DNA of 64,000 nt from Lingula anatina. Taxonomy: Eukaryota > Animalia > Brachiopoda. Positions 50,827-63,302 of this stretch are shown here, piece after piece; position 1 is the stretch's first letter; each line of letters starts with the position of its first letter. The translations under genes and the position numbers were made by a program. The notes below the pieces were generated by a model. That model saw only the letters and a list, made by a program, of their open reading frames with translations, searched no databases and was not told the DNA's origin. The stretch is from assembly GCA_051362555.1 (NCBI GenBank), contig CM120649.1:5952001-6016000 (forward strand). The letters run 5' to 3'.

Positions 50827-51377
50827 CAGGCCTACCCAACTACCAGACTCGGCACCTAAGGATCCTGAATTAACCGGTATATCGGACCACGCTACCCGTT
50901 TTCAAGGTGTGTGTCAGATCGCATTTCGGAGTATCATACCCCAGAACAAATTTTGTAGCACGACTGCGGGCTCATCCACGCTCGGCTGAACAACCTTAAA
51001 CTGTACTCTTACTTTAGAGTACTCTATTTTATTGTCTCTATGGGGATATATGGGGACTTTACGACATTCGGTTTGAATGTTTTAACCACTTTTGATAGGG
51101 CTTTTTTGCATTGTATTAGATTAATGTGTCAGTCTTAGGTTCATCTAGGTGGCTTTCAAATTTATGCACCCGGTTTTAAAATCATATAGCGATTTTACGA
51201 CAATCGTTTACTATCCAATCAAGGTGACAGCCGAGCATGCCAGGGCTCATCCTGTAGGTGTTCTGGCTGATACTCCGAAATGCGATCTGACACACACCTT
51301 GAAAACGGGTAGTGTGGTCCGATATACCGGTTAATTCAGGATCCTTAGGTGCCGAGTCTGGTAGTTGGGTAGGCCTG
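50827..51377. mobile_element. Non-autonomous DNA transposon, ~110-bp TIRs, CAGG..CCTG ends, 5-bp TSD agttt, in serpin 3 5'UTR intron
   Basis: caggcctacccaactaccagactcggcacc... and its reverse complement ending at 51377; agttt at 50822-50826 and 51378-51382. Confidence 0.9.
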
Positions 51378-51418
51378 AGTTTGATCTGAGACACGAAAGG
51401 AACATGTATGAAGAAACG

Positions 51419-51456
<38 letters not shown>

Positions 51457-52889
51457 GGAATAACATTTTTCTATTGACTAAATTCATCCGTATTTAATAA
51501 ACTCTATAACCATGCAGACCACGTATGATATTTAGCGATATTTTCCATTAATATGATACCCGTGTGTTATCCACTACAAAACACATGTATCATAAAAATA
51601 TAAGGAAGTGCACCAATGGATGATTATGAAAAAAAAAAAAAGAAATATGTAGGGCAAGAAAATATCAGCAAAATTAAAAGTCTAAGACCAGAAAAAAATC
51701 AAATGTAATACCTACACATGGCCTAAGTCTTTGAAGCAGGACTTACCTTTTATCACGACGAGACGAGATGATACCTCTATGTCAGTCGTTACTGGGACAC
51801 ACGAGGAGTGTATAATTGAATCGTGCCTATGTTTACATATATAAGCCTACTAGAAACAGGATACTAGAATTATCTCATTTTCACCAATCCCATTTTTGTA
51901 CTACTCTGATGCTAGAAGTTTGTTTTTTTTTTCATCAACAGTTTCGTTAGCGCACGCCCCCTGGTGTGTCACGCACACATAAACATACAAGACCAGTCGC
52001 ACGTCTTCACATTTACATTTCTGGTTGCGAGATGAATGTGTCAGAATGTGCACATCTCTTTTCACAAATGAATGGGGAAATAAGGTTTTAAAGTATTGCG
52101 TAATAATACTTATGGCAAATGAGATTCAATTGATGTATCAAGAGGTCTCTCCCTTTGGTTCGAAGATCCAATCTTCCTATTTGTGATTCATATGCGAATA
52201 ACATGCCAATTTTACTTGTCTTATTAGAAATGGGAGTCTTGTCACTTCTTATTAATTGTTTAGCATAGAGTTGCCCTGGTTATCTTGTATTTAGACAAGG
52301 TAAAATAGTCTTACTGGAAAACATGCATCTAAAGAAATTTAGGACTTGTGGATGAAGAGTGGAGCTGTTAAGACAAAACACCGTGAAATTGTCAAAGAGA
52401 TTTGGAAAAAAATATTAGTGCATTATTATGTCTATTATCATTATTCTATCGTCTCCAATCCTACGAATGGCGTGTTAACGACATCAGGTATCATATTAAT
52501 GTTCCGAATATTTTTTATGAATATAAAACCATTATTTTGTCTCTTAAGAATCTGTTTTCAACCATATTTTGCCAAGTATTTTTTGGCCTCTTCTAAGGTT
52601 TTTCTCAGTTGCTTAAATGTTCTGTCTAGTTTGAATCGAATCCATCGAGAAAGACCGCGTGTTTCTTATATGGTCTTAGAGGGATGTTGTGTTTGATTTA
52701 TGTGGCTCTTTTGCATCTGCACCTAAGTTCGTAAATCTAAAATTATCTTAAAACAAATCTTGCCAAATTTTGCATGACCTCATTTTATTTGTCTTTAAAT
52801 TACAGATTTCATATCAGATAAACCTATTTTAGACAGTGTAAAATGGCGTTTTTTTTTTAATCCCGTGTTTCCCTTCAGAAATTGTGCGT

Positions 52890-54116
52890 TTAGGCAACAG
52901 GGTTTACAACTCTGCCCACAAAAAGTACGGTCCCCGATGTTCTCTCGCGAATCAGGAAGACAAAGGGTCGGTCAACCCGGAAAACAGGAGTAGTTGAAAG
53001 CGCTGACCCGCCAGCCGCTCCTATGGCCGTGGCAGCCGCAGCCTCGGTTCCTTCCTCGTTCACGTCAACGAAAGCCTCGTGGATCGCCTTAGAGATGAAC
53101 AGATCTCCTGGTTTCCCGCCAATTCCTGACAAATCAGCGTCGCGTATTGTGAACATCTTTGACATTCCCATTTGAATTAGAACGGGTTTCAGGTCCAAAC
53201 GCATGTCGCTCAGCTTGAACTTAGGCAGGTACACATTGACTGTCTGGCCCCACATTGTGGACAATGCGTCATCCACAACCGATGCGCTGGTCAGTGATCT
53301 TTCCAGATGACCAAGGTCATCAATTTGGTCTGGGAGGAAGACGACCATACTAGCGTCACCATGGTACGGTAGTTCCAAAATTTTGCACTTCAGCGAAGCA
53401 CTGGTTCCATAAGGGAATCTTTCCTTTTGAAACATCATTGGCACGTTTACCTGGTTCACGTTGTTCGTGAAGAACGGTTGGGGACGGGTGCTCGACTCAG
53501 CAAACTTACTGGTCCACGTTCCCTTAAAATATATAGCGTTCACCAGGATTAAGATGAGCTGGGGGTTGATGAAGTTATTTGGCAGGAGGTCGACAATCTT
53601 GTTATTTGTTTGCTGTTCTACCCAATTGTTGATGTACCTGGTTGTGGCGGAAGGTTGGCTAAAGTCCTGTACATCTAGGGGAGCATCGTAGTACCGTCCA
53701 CCGTCATCAATGTAGTTTTGATTGAAGTTAAATCCTTTTCTTCCAAAGAGCTGATTGGCAATACGGAGGAGGTACTCTTTCCCTGGATTTGTTAGTCTAG
53801 TGAGGAGGCGTTTGATATGTTCATGAATAGAAGGAATATTGCTGTAACCCATCACCCTTTTCATCTCTGATCTCGTATCTCCTTTAGCGCCGAGAAGGAC
53901 CATGCTTAAAGCAGTCGTGATGCTGAACGGACTAAAGAAAATGTTTCCGGATTCGGCCTTGAGAATCTGATAGGTATTAAGAGCAAAGTTGGTGTTACTT
54001 TCAACGATCTGTTGTTCAGTTTGGGTGGCATCCTGACCAAGTGTGACCAAGGACCAGTGGTTTATGACCACTAGCAAACAGACGAGAAGAACCGCTGATC
54101 TGACCGAAGGATGCAT
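52890..54116 (-). CDS. Secreted serpin 4, predicted P1-P1' Gly-Ser
   Basis: RCL AIGAAGG-SALS; intact scaffold. Confidence 0.96.
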   Translation of the reverse strand: MHPSVRSAVLLVCLLVVINHWSLVTLGQDATQTEQQIVESNTNFALNTYQILKAESGNIFFSPFSITTALSMVLLGAKGDTRSEMKRVMGYSNIPSIHEHIKRLLTRLTNPGKEYLLRIANQLFGRKGFNFNQNYIDDGGRYYDAPLDVQDFSQPSATTRYINNWVEQQTNNKIVDLLPNNFINPQLILILVNAIYFKGTWTSKFAESSTRPQPFFTNNVNQVNVPMMFQKERFPYGTSASLKCKILELPYHGDASMVVFLPDQIDDLGHLERSLTSASVVDDALSTMWGQTVNVYLPKFKLSDMRLDLKPVLIQMGMSKMFTIRDADLSGIGGKPGDLFISKAIHEAFVDVNEEGTEAAAATAIGAAGGSALSTTPVFRVDRPFVFLIRERTSGTVLFVGRVVNPVA

Positions 54117-57100
54117 GATTACTCGATCAGTATTTGCTGAAATATATACAAAATTGGTTGTATATTAGTATAAATTCTTCATTTGATGCTCATGTTCAAG
54201 GTGCATATATCACGACTGGCAAATACGCATACCTACATCAACTGTGCAACTATATAAAATAATTTTACCGACAGGTTTATGGTCCTTCGATAATTTTTTA
54301 ATCTCTCCATTTAGGACCTGAATATGTGAACATGAAAAGTTAAATACATGCAAAATGAAAGAGAGAGAAAGAGACAGAGGTCACACAAGAACATATTGCA
54401 ATTCTCTCTGGACAGATTTCAGTCCATTTTTCAATATAACATGTAACCAACTCACAATATATTATAATGATAGCCCGTCTAAAGTTTTTCCCTGCAAATA
54501 CGATAAAAGTAAATAAATAATTAGCAAATTAATTTAAACAGCAGAAAAAGGCGAAGTTTCAAGTGAAAGTTCAGTAAACAACATCAAGCTATGCATATGT
54601 CCAAAGTGCATGAAGCAGGACTTACCTTTTTATCACTTCGAAAACTTTATGTCAGCCACCAACGTAACATGTAAACGAGCTTGTACTGTTCTACGTGGCC
54701 CTTTATATATGCCTATTAAAAGCAGGAAAGTAGAATAAAAGTTATTTCCTTATAATTTGTTACCTGTCTGACAATTCCAATTTCGCAATGGGAGTGATGT
54801 TTTTTTAATCCACAGTTTCGTTAACACCACTATTAACTTTGACGCTTTTGTTCAACTTAAACCCGTGCAATTCTTGCCCGTCTGTAATTCTGGTGACATA
54901 CAATGTAGAAGACGATATTTGCATTAATATGAGGAGCAGATGCAGCATCTATATACAAACTAATGTTCACCATGAACTGGACAAACTGGCAGCTGGGAAT
55001 ACCGTCTACAAGGGTCACAGATTGCTTTTTATTCTCACTTAATATTCAAAAATATGCCTCGGGCGAATTTTGTGCACTTTCTATTGTGACCAGAGATTTG
55101 GGTGCTTTTTGTATGGGATTAATGTTATCACTCAGCTGGGCTTTAGTATAGAGTAGTCACTCAGAGGGATAGTGCCTGTAGTGCTAACCGGCTGTGTGCT
55201 GATAGACATTGACAAAGATGGCATCATACCCCGTCAGAATCTAACAAAGCTGTTGCTCTATGGTGTAGACTGACATTTGGAGTAGGCAGCCAGCTACAGA
55301 AAACGCTGCGTTTGTTTTGTCACTGTGCTAGGTGGACCTCACTCTTAACTGTTCAAATGCAACATTTAGTAGCTTTTATTCATACCAGGGTCATTTGCCC
55401 GTTTGTATCTCTTCAATACCTGTAGCTTAACGACTGAAGTACATGTAATTCAATACGTCTTGTCCGCGTCCTCTGCCACACACAAGGCCTTAACCATGAC
55501 CTCGTAGTCTCATTTAACAAATTTCACACTATTTGGTTACAATACGTATGTTACAAATTCATGAAATAATGTATTATATAAAAAAATAAGCTAATGCATG
55601 GGGTCGTAAATTTCCTTGCTGTTGAGTACGAAAATGTTGTTAATTTAGTTCGGATATAAATGAGGGTTCAAAAAGGGGAATGGCGATTAGCCTACATTGC
55701 ATCCAAGTACATGTATATGCTTCCCTTAAAAAATAAGTGAAAATAAAAAAGTTTCAAATGATAACCGATGAGAACAGATATTGAATGAATCACGTCACCT
55801 GGTTGTAGCAGACTAGACCTGGGGCACGTCTTGTCACTTATAGTGTCTGGTTGAAGGAAGCATCGTGCCAGGGTGTGCGTATATTTTTACAAATGAATAA
55901 GGAAATAAGGTCTTCATGTTTTGAATAAAAGTCGCGGTGAATGAGAAAAAAGTCAGAACAAGGACAAATCATTTTCACTTTTTGTAATTTCATACATGAA
56001 TTACATTTCCACTTTACTTATAACTGCCTTTAAGAGAGACAATGTCAGTCCTCACGAATCGTTTGTCGAGGAAAACAATGAGTTGCTGTTAACTTGGCTT
56101 CAGTAAAAAGTGTGACTGGAAAACATACATGCACAGATATTCAAAATTTGTAGATCACAAGTGGAGCTGCTGACATATGACACCATGAAATAGTCTAGAT
56201 CATTTGGAAAATGAATATACACACAATGGGCAATAGAAGTGTCACCCCCCCCCCCCTGAATCAGAGTAATCAAAGTTATAATGCCTGGTCTACTTATAAT
56301 GTGACTAATGAGTATAAAACCGCTGCACCATGGAATTGTATTGTTGGTCTTTTTGTGAAATTTGATGTTAATAAAATGATACCAGGAACATATCATTCCA
56401 CAGTTATTTATCTCCCCCAAAGTATTGGTTCAGTTGGGGTGACACTTGTCCAGTGCGTGTACACATTTGGTAGCATTATAATTACATTTCTGTGCTTTTA
56501 CTATGTTCTTTAAACCTACGAATGATGTCTTAAGCTAATATTTGTTATCATAATGATATCCTAAAATGAACGACTTTATATTAAGGACAAAATAATCATT
56601 TTGAAGTATCGGTTGTCAATCATATTTTTGTAAAGTATTCTTCAGCCACGTTTTGGTAATCTCTTCTGATGCCCATTAAATCTTCTGTCAAATTGACCTC
56701 CTGTTCGAAAGGAGGAACCGTACCTTTACTACATTATATTTTGTTTCAGGATTTTTGGATGAAAGTGAAGATGTTGATACATGACATTGTAGTAGACTAC
56801 TGGAAAAAAGTAAATGGATATCTTATTTTTCAGTATTATTATTATTATTATTATTTTCTAAAAGTGGTATCTTAAAATCCTCTGTTATCATAACGATGTT
56901 CCAAATACTCATGAATTAATTATTGAGAAAAAAATTGATTGAGGTTGCTATTATCAATCATATTTGAGTAGGCCATTCAGTATTTTTCCAGACACTTTTT
57001 ACATAAACTCGAAAGACGCCGGTCTAATCTTCTGTTAAGTTGGCTCCTGTCTGAAGAGAAAAACCGCAGATTTACTACATGAATTTGTTATAAACTCTGG

Positions 57101-57326
57101 TTACACTGCATCTAAATAATACCACAAATTCGGAAATTTTAAAAACATATAATATCCTATATAGATTCCGTGCAATACAAACACTCAAATTTTGCATGGC
57201 ATCATTTTATCTGTTCATAAATTCCAGATGTCAAAAAATAAATAAATAGATAAATAAAAAATAAATAAATTCAGACAACATTCAGTTAAGTGTAAATTTC
57301 GCGATTCTTTTTTTAATCCTGGCTTT

Positions 57327-58571
57327 TCAGGCAACAGGGTTCATAACTCTGCCCAAAAACAGTACGGTGCCCGATGACTTCTCACGAATCAGGAAGACAA
57401 AGGTTCGGTCGGCTCGGAATACAGGTGTCACTGAAAGCTCTGACTTGCGAGACACGCCGATGGCCGTCGCAGCCGCTGCCTCGGTTCCTTCCTCGTTGAC
57501 GTCAACGAAAGCCTCGTGGATCGCCTTGGAGACGAACAGATCTCCTGGTTTCCCGCCGATTCCCGACAAATCAGCTCCGCCAAAGTTGAACATCTTCGAC
57601 ATTCCCATTTTAATAAGCACGGGTTTTAAATCCAAACGCATGTCGCTCAGTTTAAACTTAGGTAGGTAAACGTTGACTGTCTGGTTCCTAAATGTGGACA
57701 AAGCGTCATCCACAACCGATGCGCTGTTCAGTGATCTTTCCAGATGACCAAGGTCATCAATTTGGTCTGGGAGGAAGATGACCATACTAGCGTCACCATG
57801 GTACGGTAGTTCCAAAATTTTGCATTTCAGCGAGGCACTGGTACCATACGGGAAATTTTGTTGTTGAAACATCATAGGCACGTTTACTTGATTCACGTTG
57901 GATGTGAAGAACGGTTGGAGGCGGGTGTTTGACTCCGAAAACTTACTGGTCCAAGTTCCCTTAAAATATACAGCGTTCACCAGGATTAGGATGAGCTGCA
58001 GATCGATAAAGTCGTTTGGCAGGAGGTCGACTATCTTGTTATTTGTCTGTTGTTCTACCCAATTGTTGATGTACCTGGTTGTGGCGGAAGGTTGGCTAAA
58101 GTCTTGTAGATCTAGAGGAGCATCATAAAACCGTCCACTGTCATCAATGTACTTTTGATTGAAGTTAAACCCTTCTCTTCCAAAGAGCCGATTGGCAATA
58201 CGGAGGAGGTATTCTTTTCCTGGGTTTGTTAGTCTGGTGCGGAGGCGTTTGAAATTTTCATGAATGGAAATGATATTGCTGTAACCCATCACTCTTATCA
58301 TCTCTGATCGCGTATCGCCTTTAGCTCCAAGAAGGACCACGTTTAAAGCTGTCGTGATGCTGAACGGACTGAAGAAAATGTTACCGGAATCGGCCTTGAG
58401 AATCTGGAAGAGGTTAAGAGCGAAGTTGGTGTTACCGGTAACGATCTTTTGCTCAGTTTCGGTGACATCCTGCTTCTGTGTACCTTGACCAAGTGTGTCC
58501 GAGGACCAGTGGCTGATGACCGCCATCAAATATACAATAAAAACCGCTGATCTATCCAAAGGATGCACCAT
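57327..58571 (-). CDS. Secreted serpin 5, predicted P1-P1' Lys-Ser (P2 Arg)
   Basis: RCL AIGVSRK-SELS; start MVHPLD at 58571. Confidence 0.95.
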   Translation of the reverse strand: MVHPLDRSAVFIVYLMAVISHWSSDTLGQGTQKQDVTETEQKIVTGNTNFALNLFQILKADSGNIFFSPFSITTALNVVLLGAKGDTRSEMIRVMGYSNIISIHENFKRLRTRLTNPGKEYLLRIANRLFGREGFNFNQKYIDDSGRFYDAPLDLQDFSQPSATTRYINNWVEQQTNNKIVDLLPNDFIDLQLILILVNAVYFKGTWTSKFSESNTRLQPFFTSNVNQVNVPMMFQQQNFPYGTSASLKCKILELPYHGDASMVIFLPDQIDDLGHLERSLNSASVVDDALSTFRNQTVNVYLPKFKLSDMRLDLKPVLIKMGMSKMFNFGGADLSGIGGKPGDLFVSKAIHEAFVDVNEEGTEAAAATAIGVSRKSELSVTPVFRADRTFVFLIREKSSGTVLFLGRVMNPVA

Positions 58572-59430
58572 CACGAATTTGTCTGAAATAAATATATTTA
58601 AATATAAAAAGCATAAAATAAGCAATGTTTAAGGATAACCTTTTCATTATATGTTCATTTTAAGTCGCATTTTTAAAATCAAGACTGACAAACAAACCCT
58701 GCAAACAACCCGCCTACGAAACATTGATATAATATCCATGCAGTCTTAAGTGTATCCTTTAAATGAAATAAAAATAAAAGGAAATAATTTGATAATGCGA
58801 TAATAAAAATAAATGTAGAAAGGTAAAGGCTAACTACTGCATAAAGTAAAAGTTCAGAAATCGACTCATACATATGTTCAAAGTATATGAAACAGGACTT
58901 ACCTTTTAATCACGTCGAAAGCTTAAATTTATATCCACCACGAATGTAACTGGGAAACATGAGCAAGGGCTGTTTAGCGCGTCCTTTTAAAGCAAGATAT
59001 TAGAATAAAAATTATTTCCTAATAATTTGTTACCTGTCCGCCAATCCCATTTTGGCAATGGGAGTTTTGTTTTTTTTTATCACCAGTCTTAACTACAGTT
59101 TTAACTACATCGTTTGTTTCTTGCCCATTTTTAATCAAACCCTTTATTGCAATACCCTTCCACCTGTAACTCTTGTCATAGAGGATTATTATTGGCATAC
59201 GTGTATAACTAATAGACTCTTAATTGTAATCTAGCCTATACATATAGGCGATGAATGAAGGTTTAAAAGGGGAATATTGATTTCATTGGATCTATATACA
59301 TGATTTCCTTCATAAATAAAGGGAAATAAAAAGCTTCAAGTTATTACCGACGAGAACAGAACTTGAATGGATCATAAACATCACGATCAGGAGTACAAAT
59401 ATGAGATAGTCACGCCACATGGTGTCACAC

Positions 59431-59651
59431 TAAGACTGCATTCCCACAGGTTTTAGATCGATTTATCCCCGTGGGGAGTCTAACTAGATTACTGTCAGCT
59501 TAGCCGGCTTAAATGTCTGTCCCGCCTACTAAAAGCTGTAAGGGGTTAATTAACTTCCGTGCGCGCTTGGCTGACAGCAATTTGGCATGAACCCCTAGGG
59601 AGATAGGTCGACCCAGATGGATCGATCTAAATCTGTGGGAATGCAGTCTAA
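59431..59651. mobile_element. ~220-bp MITE family copy
   Basis: agactgcattcccacag...ctgtgggaatgcagtct TIRs; interrupts a sequence whose paralog near 55800 lacks it. Confidence 0.85.
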
Positions 59652-60360
59652 TACATGAGCAGACAAGACCAGGTGCACGTGTGGTTACTTAATCTGTAGT
59701 TGAAGGCCTTACCGTGTCAGGGTGTGCATATATTTATACAAATGAACGAGGAAATAAGGTCTTAATGTCTTGAATAAAAACCGTGCACGTGGTGAAAGAG
59801 ATTGAAGTCAAAGATCAAGGGATTGCCTTTTGTCTTGAAAAATCGATTGTCGATATTGTAATTTCATTTTGCATTACATTTCACTTTTACTCATAACTGC
59901 CTTTTAAAAATATGAGTGTAATGTCACTCCTCACGAATCGTTTGGCGAGTAAAGTAAGGAGTTGTTCTGGTCGTTATATTAGCTTATGTTGAAGTTTAAG
60001 AGTGTGATTGCATGGTAATCATACGCGTACAGAAATTCCAGATTTGAGGATGAAAAGTGAAGCTGTTGTCCTATGACACTTAAAAAAATGTCTTAAACGA
60101 TTGGAAAATGTAAATGCCTATATGTTAGTTTTATAATTACAACATATGTTTTCTTAAGGATTTCCTAAAATACGCCAGTTCATATTAGGGACAAATTAAT
60201 ATTATTTTGACTTTAAAGTATCGGTTATATGGACTATATTTTTGTAAAGAATATTTCAACCATTTTTTGTTAACTCGGCTGATGCCCATTAAATCTTTTG
60301 TCAAATTGGATCCCAGTCCACAGAGAGCTACCATACATTTACTGAAGGACGTATATATTA

Positions 60361-61808
60361 TACCCTGAGTGTCAGAGCAACGTGAAAGTTATTTTGTTTA
60401 ATATCTAATATACCTTGGAGTCACTTTCACTAGCTCTGACGAACAGTGACAACCTGAGGGCGTTCTTCTTCAAAATTTTGCCTGGGGCGCTTCCATATTT
60501 GGAAGTCACACGTCACAGCTGTGTCCGCCTGGATCCATATTTGGAAGTCATAAGTATCGTACGTCACAGGTTTGGCCGCCTGGAGCTGCCTTTCCCACCC
60601 TGAGCTTCAGAGCTAACCTGACACTAACCTCTTCACTGTAGCCTATCTTCATCGTGTCAAGTAACCTCTGACCAGATTCGATTGCCTCCGCCGCCCGCCA
60701 ATCAAATTTAAAAGCCCGCACTCAATTAAACGATCTAGCCAATGAACGCGAACGAGTCAAAGCGCGCTTTGTTCAAATCCGGACCAATCAAATATAAGGC
60801 TGAATATCAGGGACTTGCCGTAACCTGTGGGCAGCACGCAAATAACATCGTCTCTCAGTAGATAATGATGCAGGGCCTCAAACTGCTAGACCCTATGGTT
60901 TCAATTCCGATTTACTCATATTTTGCAAAGAATCAAGAGATAACTTAACACATTCTTTTTCGTAGTCACTCGCCTTGCTTTCTTTGTGTACGGTAATACA
61001 CTCGGAACTACTCGGATGTCTCCGCACTCGACAATAACTATGTTGTTAGTATGGAGCTTGCGGAATCAGCCGAGGATTGCCGATTGACGGTCAACCAATC
61101 AGCGTTTTCACCAAACTTTGGTGAAAAATTTTGAAACATGGATTTGATTGGCTTATATAAACTAGGTCAAACTATTTTCGTCAGAGGTTACTTGACACGA
61201 TGGAGATAGGCTACAGTGAAAAGGTTAGTGTCAAGTTAGCTCTGAAGCTCAGGGTGGCCTTTCCCGCCTTGCGCTGACATAATCTAGTGCAGACGAGACA
61301 AGAATCAAAGTGTCTGACGCGGATTTAGAAGTTTGAATTGAAAATATCTTGCAGTCGAAGGTCAGTGCCACAATACAAGCAACATTCTGCTTTAAAAATT
61401 GATTTTGGTGTAGCCATTGCGCAGCCCTTATAGTGGTATCGGGTGTAGCTGTCAAACTTGGCACACGGCAAGCACGTGTATTGTGTCTATTATCTCAGGA
61501 CTAAATGTTCTTTGATAAGCAAAAAATACAAAAACATTGGATATACCTTTTTCTTTTAGAAACATATTATTTATTTCTCACTTTACATATCTTAAATACA
61601 GCAAATAAAATTAAATAAAGCAGAATTAAATCTGTTTTACGTTTCATTTTGGTCTGATGACATTCAACTGCAGAATCACTGCGGAGCCGTTCTATTTGAT
61701 TGACGGGAGCCTAACATGGTCGCTATGCACTAGAGCCTGGTATTGCGACATGGGTTATATATGAAATCAAGCTCGAGCTGGCAATACCGGAATCTAGAAC
61801 CTAGGGTA
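60361..61808. mobile_element. Outer DNA element with TACCCT..AGGGTA ends and 8-bp TSD atatatta
   Basis: atatatta at 60353-60360 and 61809-61816 flanks taccctgag...ctagggta. Confidence 0.7.
60596..61256. mobile_element. Nested inner element with ~75-bp TIRs and 8-bp TSD gcctttcc
   Basis: caccctgagcttcagagctaac... / ...gttagctctgaagctcagggtg; gcctttcc at 60588-60595 and 61257-61264. Confidence 0.88.
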
Positions 61809-62069
61809 ATATATTACTATCATGTCCTTGATTTACTGCATGAATTCTCTTTATTGTATACGGATGGAAACATGGACTTTGCATTATACAAAAAGTTCGG
61901 TAGTTTGAAAGCATAATGTCTTATATCTTAATCCTATCCTAATACAAATCTTATCAAAATTTTCATGGCATCATTTTAATTGTTGATAAATTTCAGATGT
62001 CAGAAAACGTAATTCAGACAACATAGAGTTACGTGTAAATTTCGTGATTCTTTTTTGAATTCTTGCTTT

Positions 62070-63302
62070 TTATGCAATCGGGTTCATAACTCTGCCCATA
62101 AACAGAACAGTGCCCGATGACTTCTCGCGAATCTGGAAGACGAAGGGTCGGTCAGCTCGGAATACAGGAGTCACTGACGTGACAGACAAGCCTATGCCTG
62201 TGGCAGCCGCCGCCTCGGTTCCTTCCTCGTTGACGTCAACGAAAGCCTCGTGGATCGCCTCAGAAATGAACAAATCTCCTGGTTTCCCGCCAATTCCAGA
62301 CAAATCAGCGCCGCCAAAACTGAAAATCTTCGACATTCCCATTTGAATAAGCACGGGCTTCAGATCTAAGCGCATGTCGCTCAGCTTGAACTTAGGTAGG
62401 TACACGTTGACTGTCTGGTTCCACATTGTGGACAATGCATCATCCACAACTGATGCACTGGTCAGTGATCTTTCCAGATGACCAAGGTCATCAATTTGGT
62501 CTGGGAGGAAGATGACCATACTAGCGTCACCATGGTACGGTAGTTCCAAAATTTTGCACTTCAGCGAAGCACTGGTTCCATACGGGAAGCTTTGTTTCTG
62601 GAACATCATTGGCACGTTTACTTGATTCACGTTGGATGTGAAGAACGGTTGGGGACGGGTTTTTGACTCCGAAAACTTACTGGTCCAAGTTCCCTTAAAA
62701 TATATAGCATTCACCAAAATTAGGATGAGCTGGGGGTTGATAAATGTATTTGGCAGAAGGTCGACTATCTTGTTATTTGTCTGCTGTTCTACCCAATTGT
62801 TGATGTACCTGGTTGTGGCGGAAGGTTGACTAAAGTCCTGTACATCTAGGGGAGCATCGTAGTACCGTCCGCTGTCACCAATGTACTTTTGATTGAAGTC
62901 ATACCCTTCCCTTCCAAAGAGCCGATTGGCAATACGGAGGAGATATTTGTTACCTGGGTTGGTAAGTCTAGTGAGGAGGCGTTTGAAATTAACGTGAATA
63001 GAGGGAATATTGCTGTAACCCATCACCCTTTTCATCTCTGAGCTCGTATCGCCTTTAGCGCCGAGAAGAACCATGCTTAAAGTAGTCGTGATGCTGAACG
63101 GACTGAAGAAAATGTTACCGGACTCGGCCTTGAGATTCTGGAACATGTTTAGAGCAAAGTTGGTGTTACTGGTAACAATCTGTTGCTCCAGTGGGGTGAC
63201 ACCCTGCGTCTGTGTACCATGACCAAGTGTGTCAAAGGACCAGTGGCTTATAACCACCAGCAAATAGACGAGAAGAACCGTTGATCTAACCAATGGATGC
63301 AT
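62070..63302 (-). CDS. Secreted serpin 6, shortened RCL, predicted P1 Thr (or Val)
   Basis: RCL GIGLSVT-SVTP, 3 aa shorter than serpin 1 before strand 1C; intact scaffold. Confidence 0.95.
   Translation of the reverse strand: MHPLVRSTVLLVYLLVVISHWSFDTLGHGTQTQGVTPLEQQIVTSNTNFALNMFQNLKAESGNIFFSPFSITTTLSMVLLGAKGDTSSEMKRVMGYSNIPSIHVNFKRLLTRLTNPGNKYLLRIANRLFGREGYDFNQKYIGDSGRYYDAPLDVQDFSQPSATTRYINNWVEQQTNNKIVDLLPNTFINPQLILILVNAIYFKGTWTSKFSESKTRPQPFFTSNVNQVNVPMMFQKQSFPYGTSASLKCKILELPYHGDASMVIFLPDQIDDLGHLERSLTSASVVDDALSTMWNQTVNVYLPKFKLSDMRLDLKPVLIQMGMSKIFSFGGADLSGIGGKPGDLFISEAIHEAFVDVNEEGTEAAAATGIGLSVTSVTPVFRADRPFVFQIREKSSGTVLFMGRVMNPIA

Noticed and set aside
42871-62829. Recurring plus-strand ORFs antisense to the serpins (MPDDFSRIRK.., MDVKNGWGRV..)
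   Set aside because: Shadows of the conserved serpin codons; they recur only because the serpins are paralogs.
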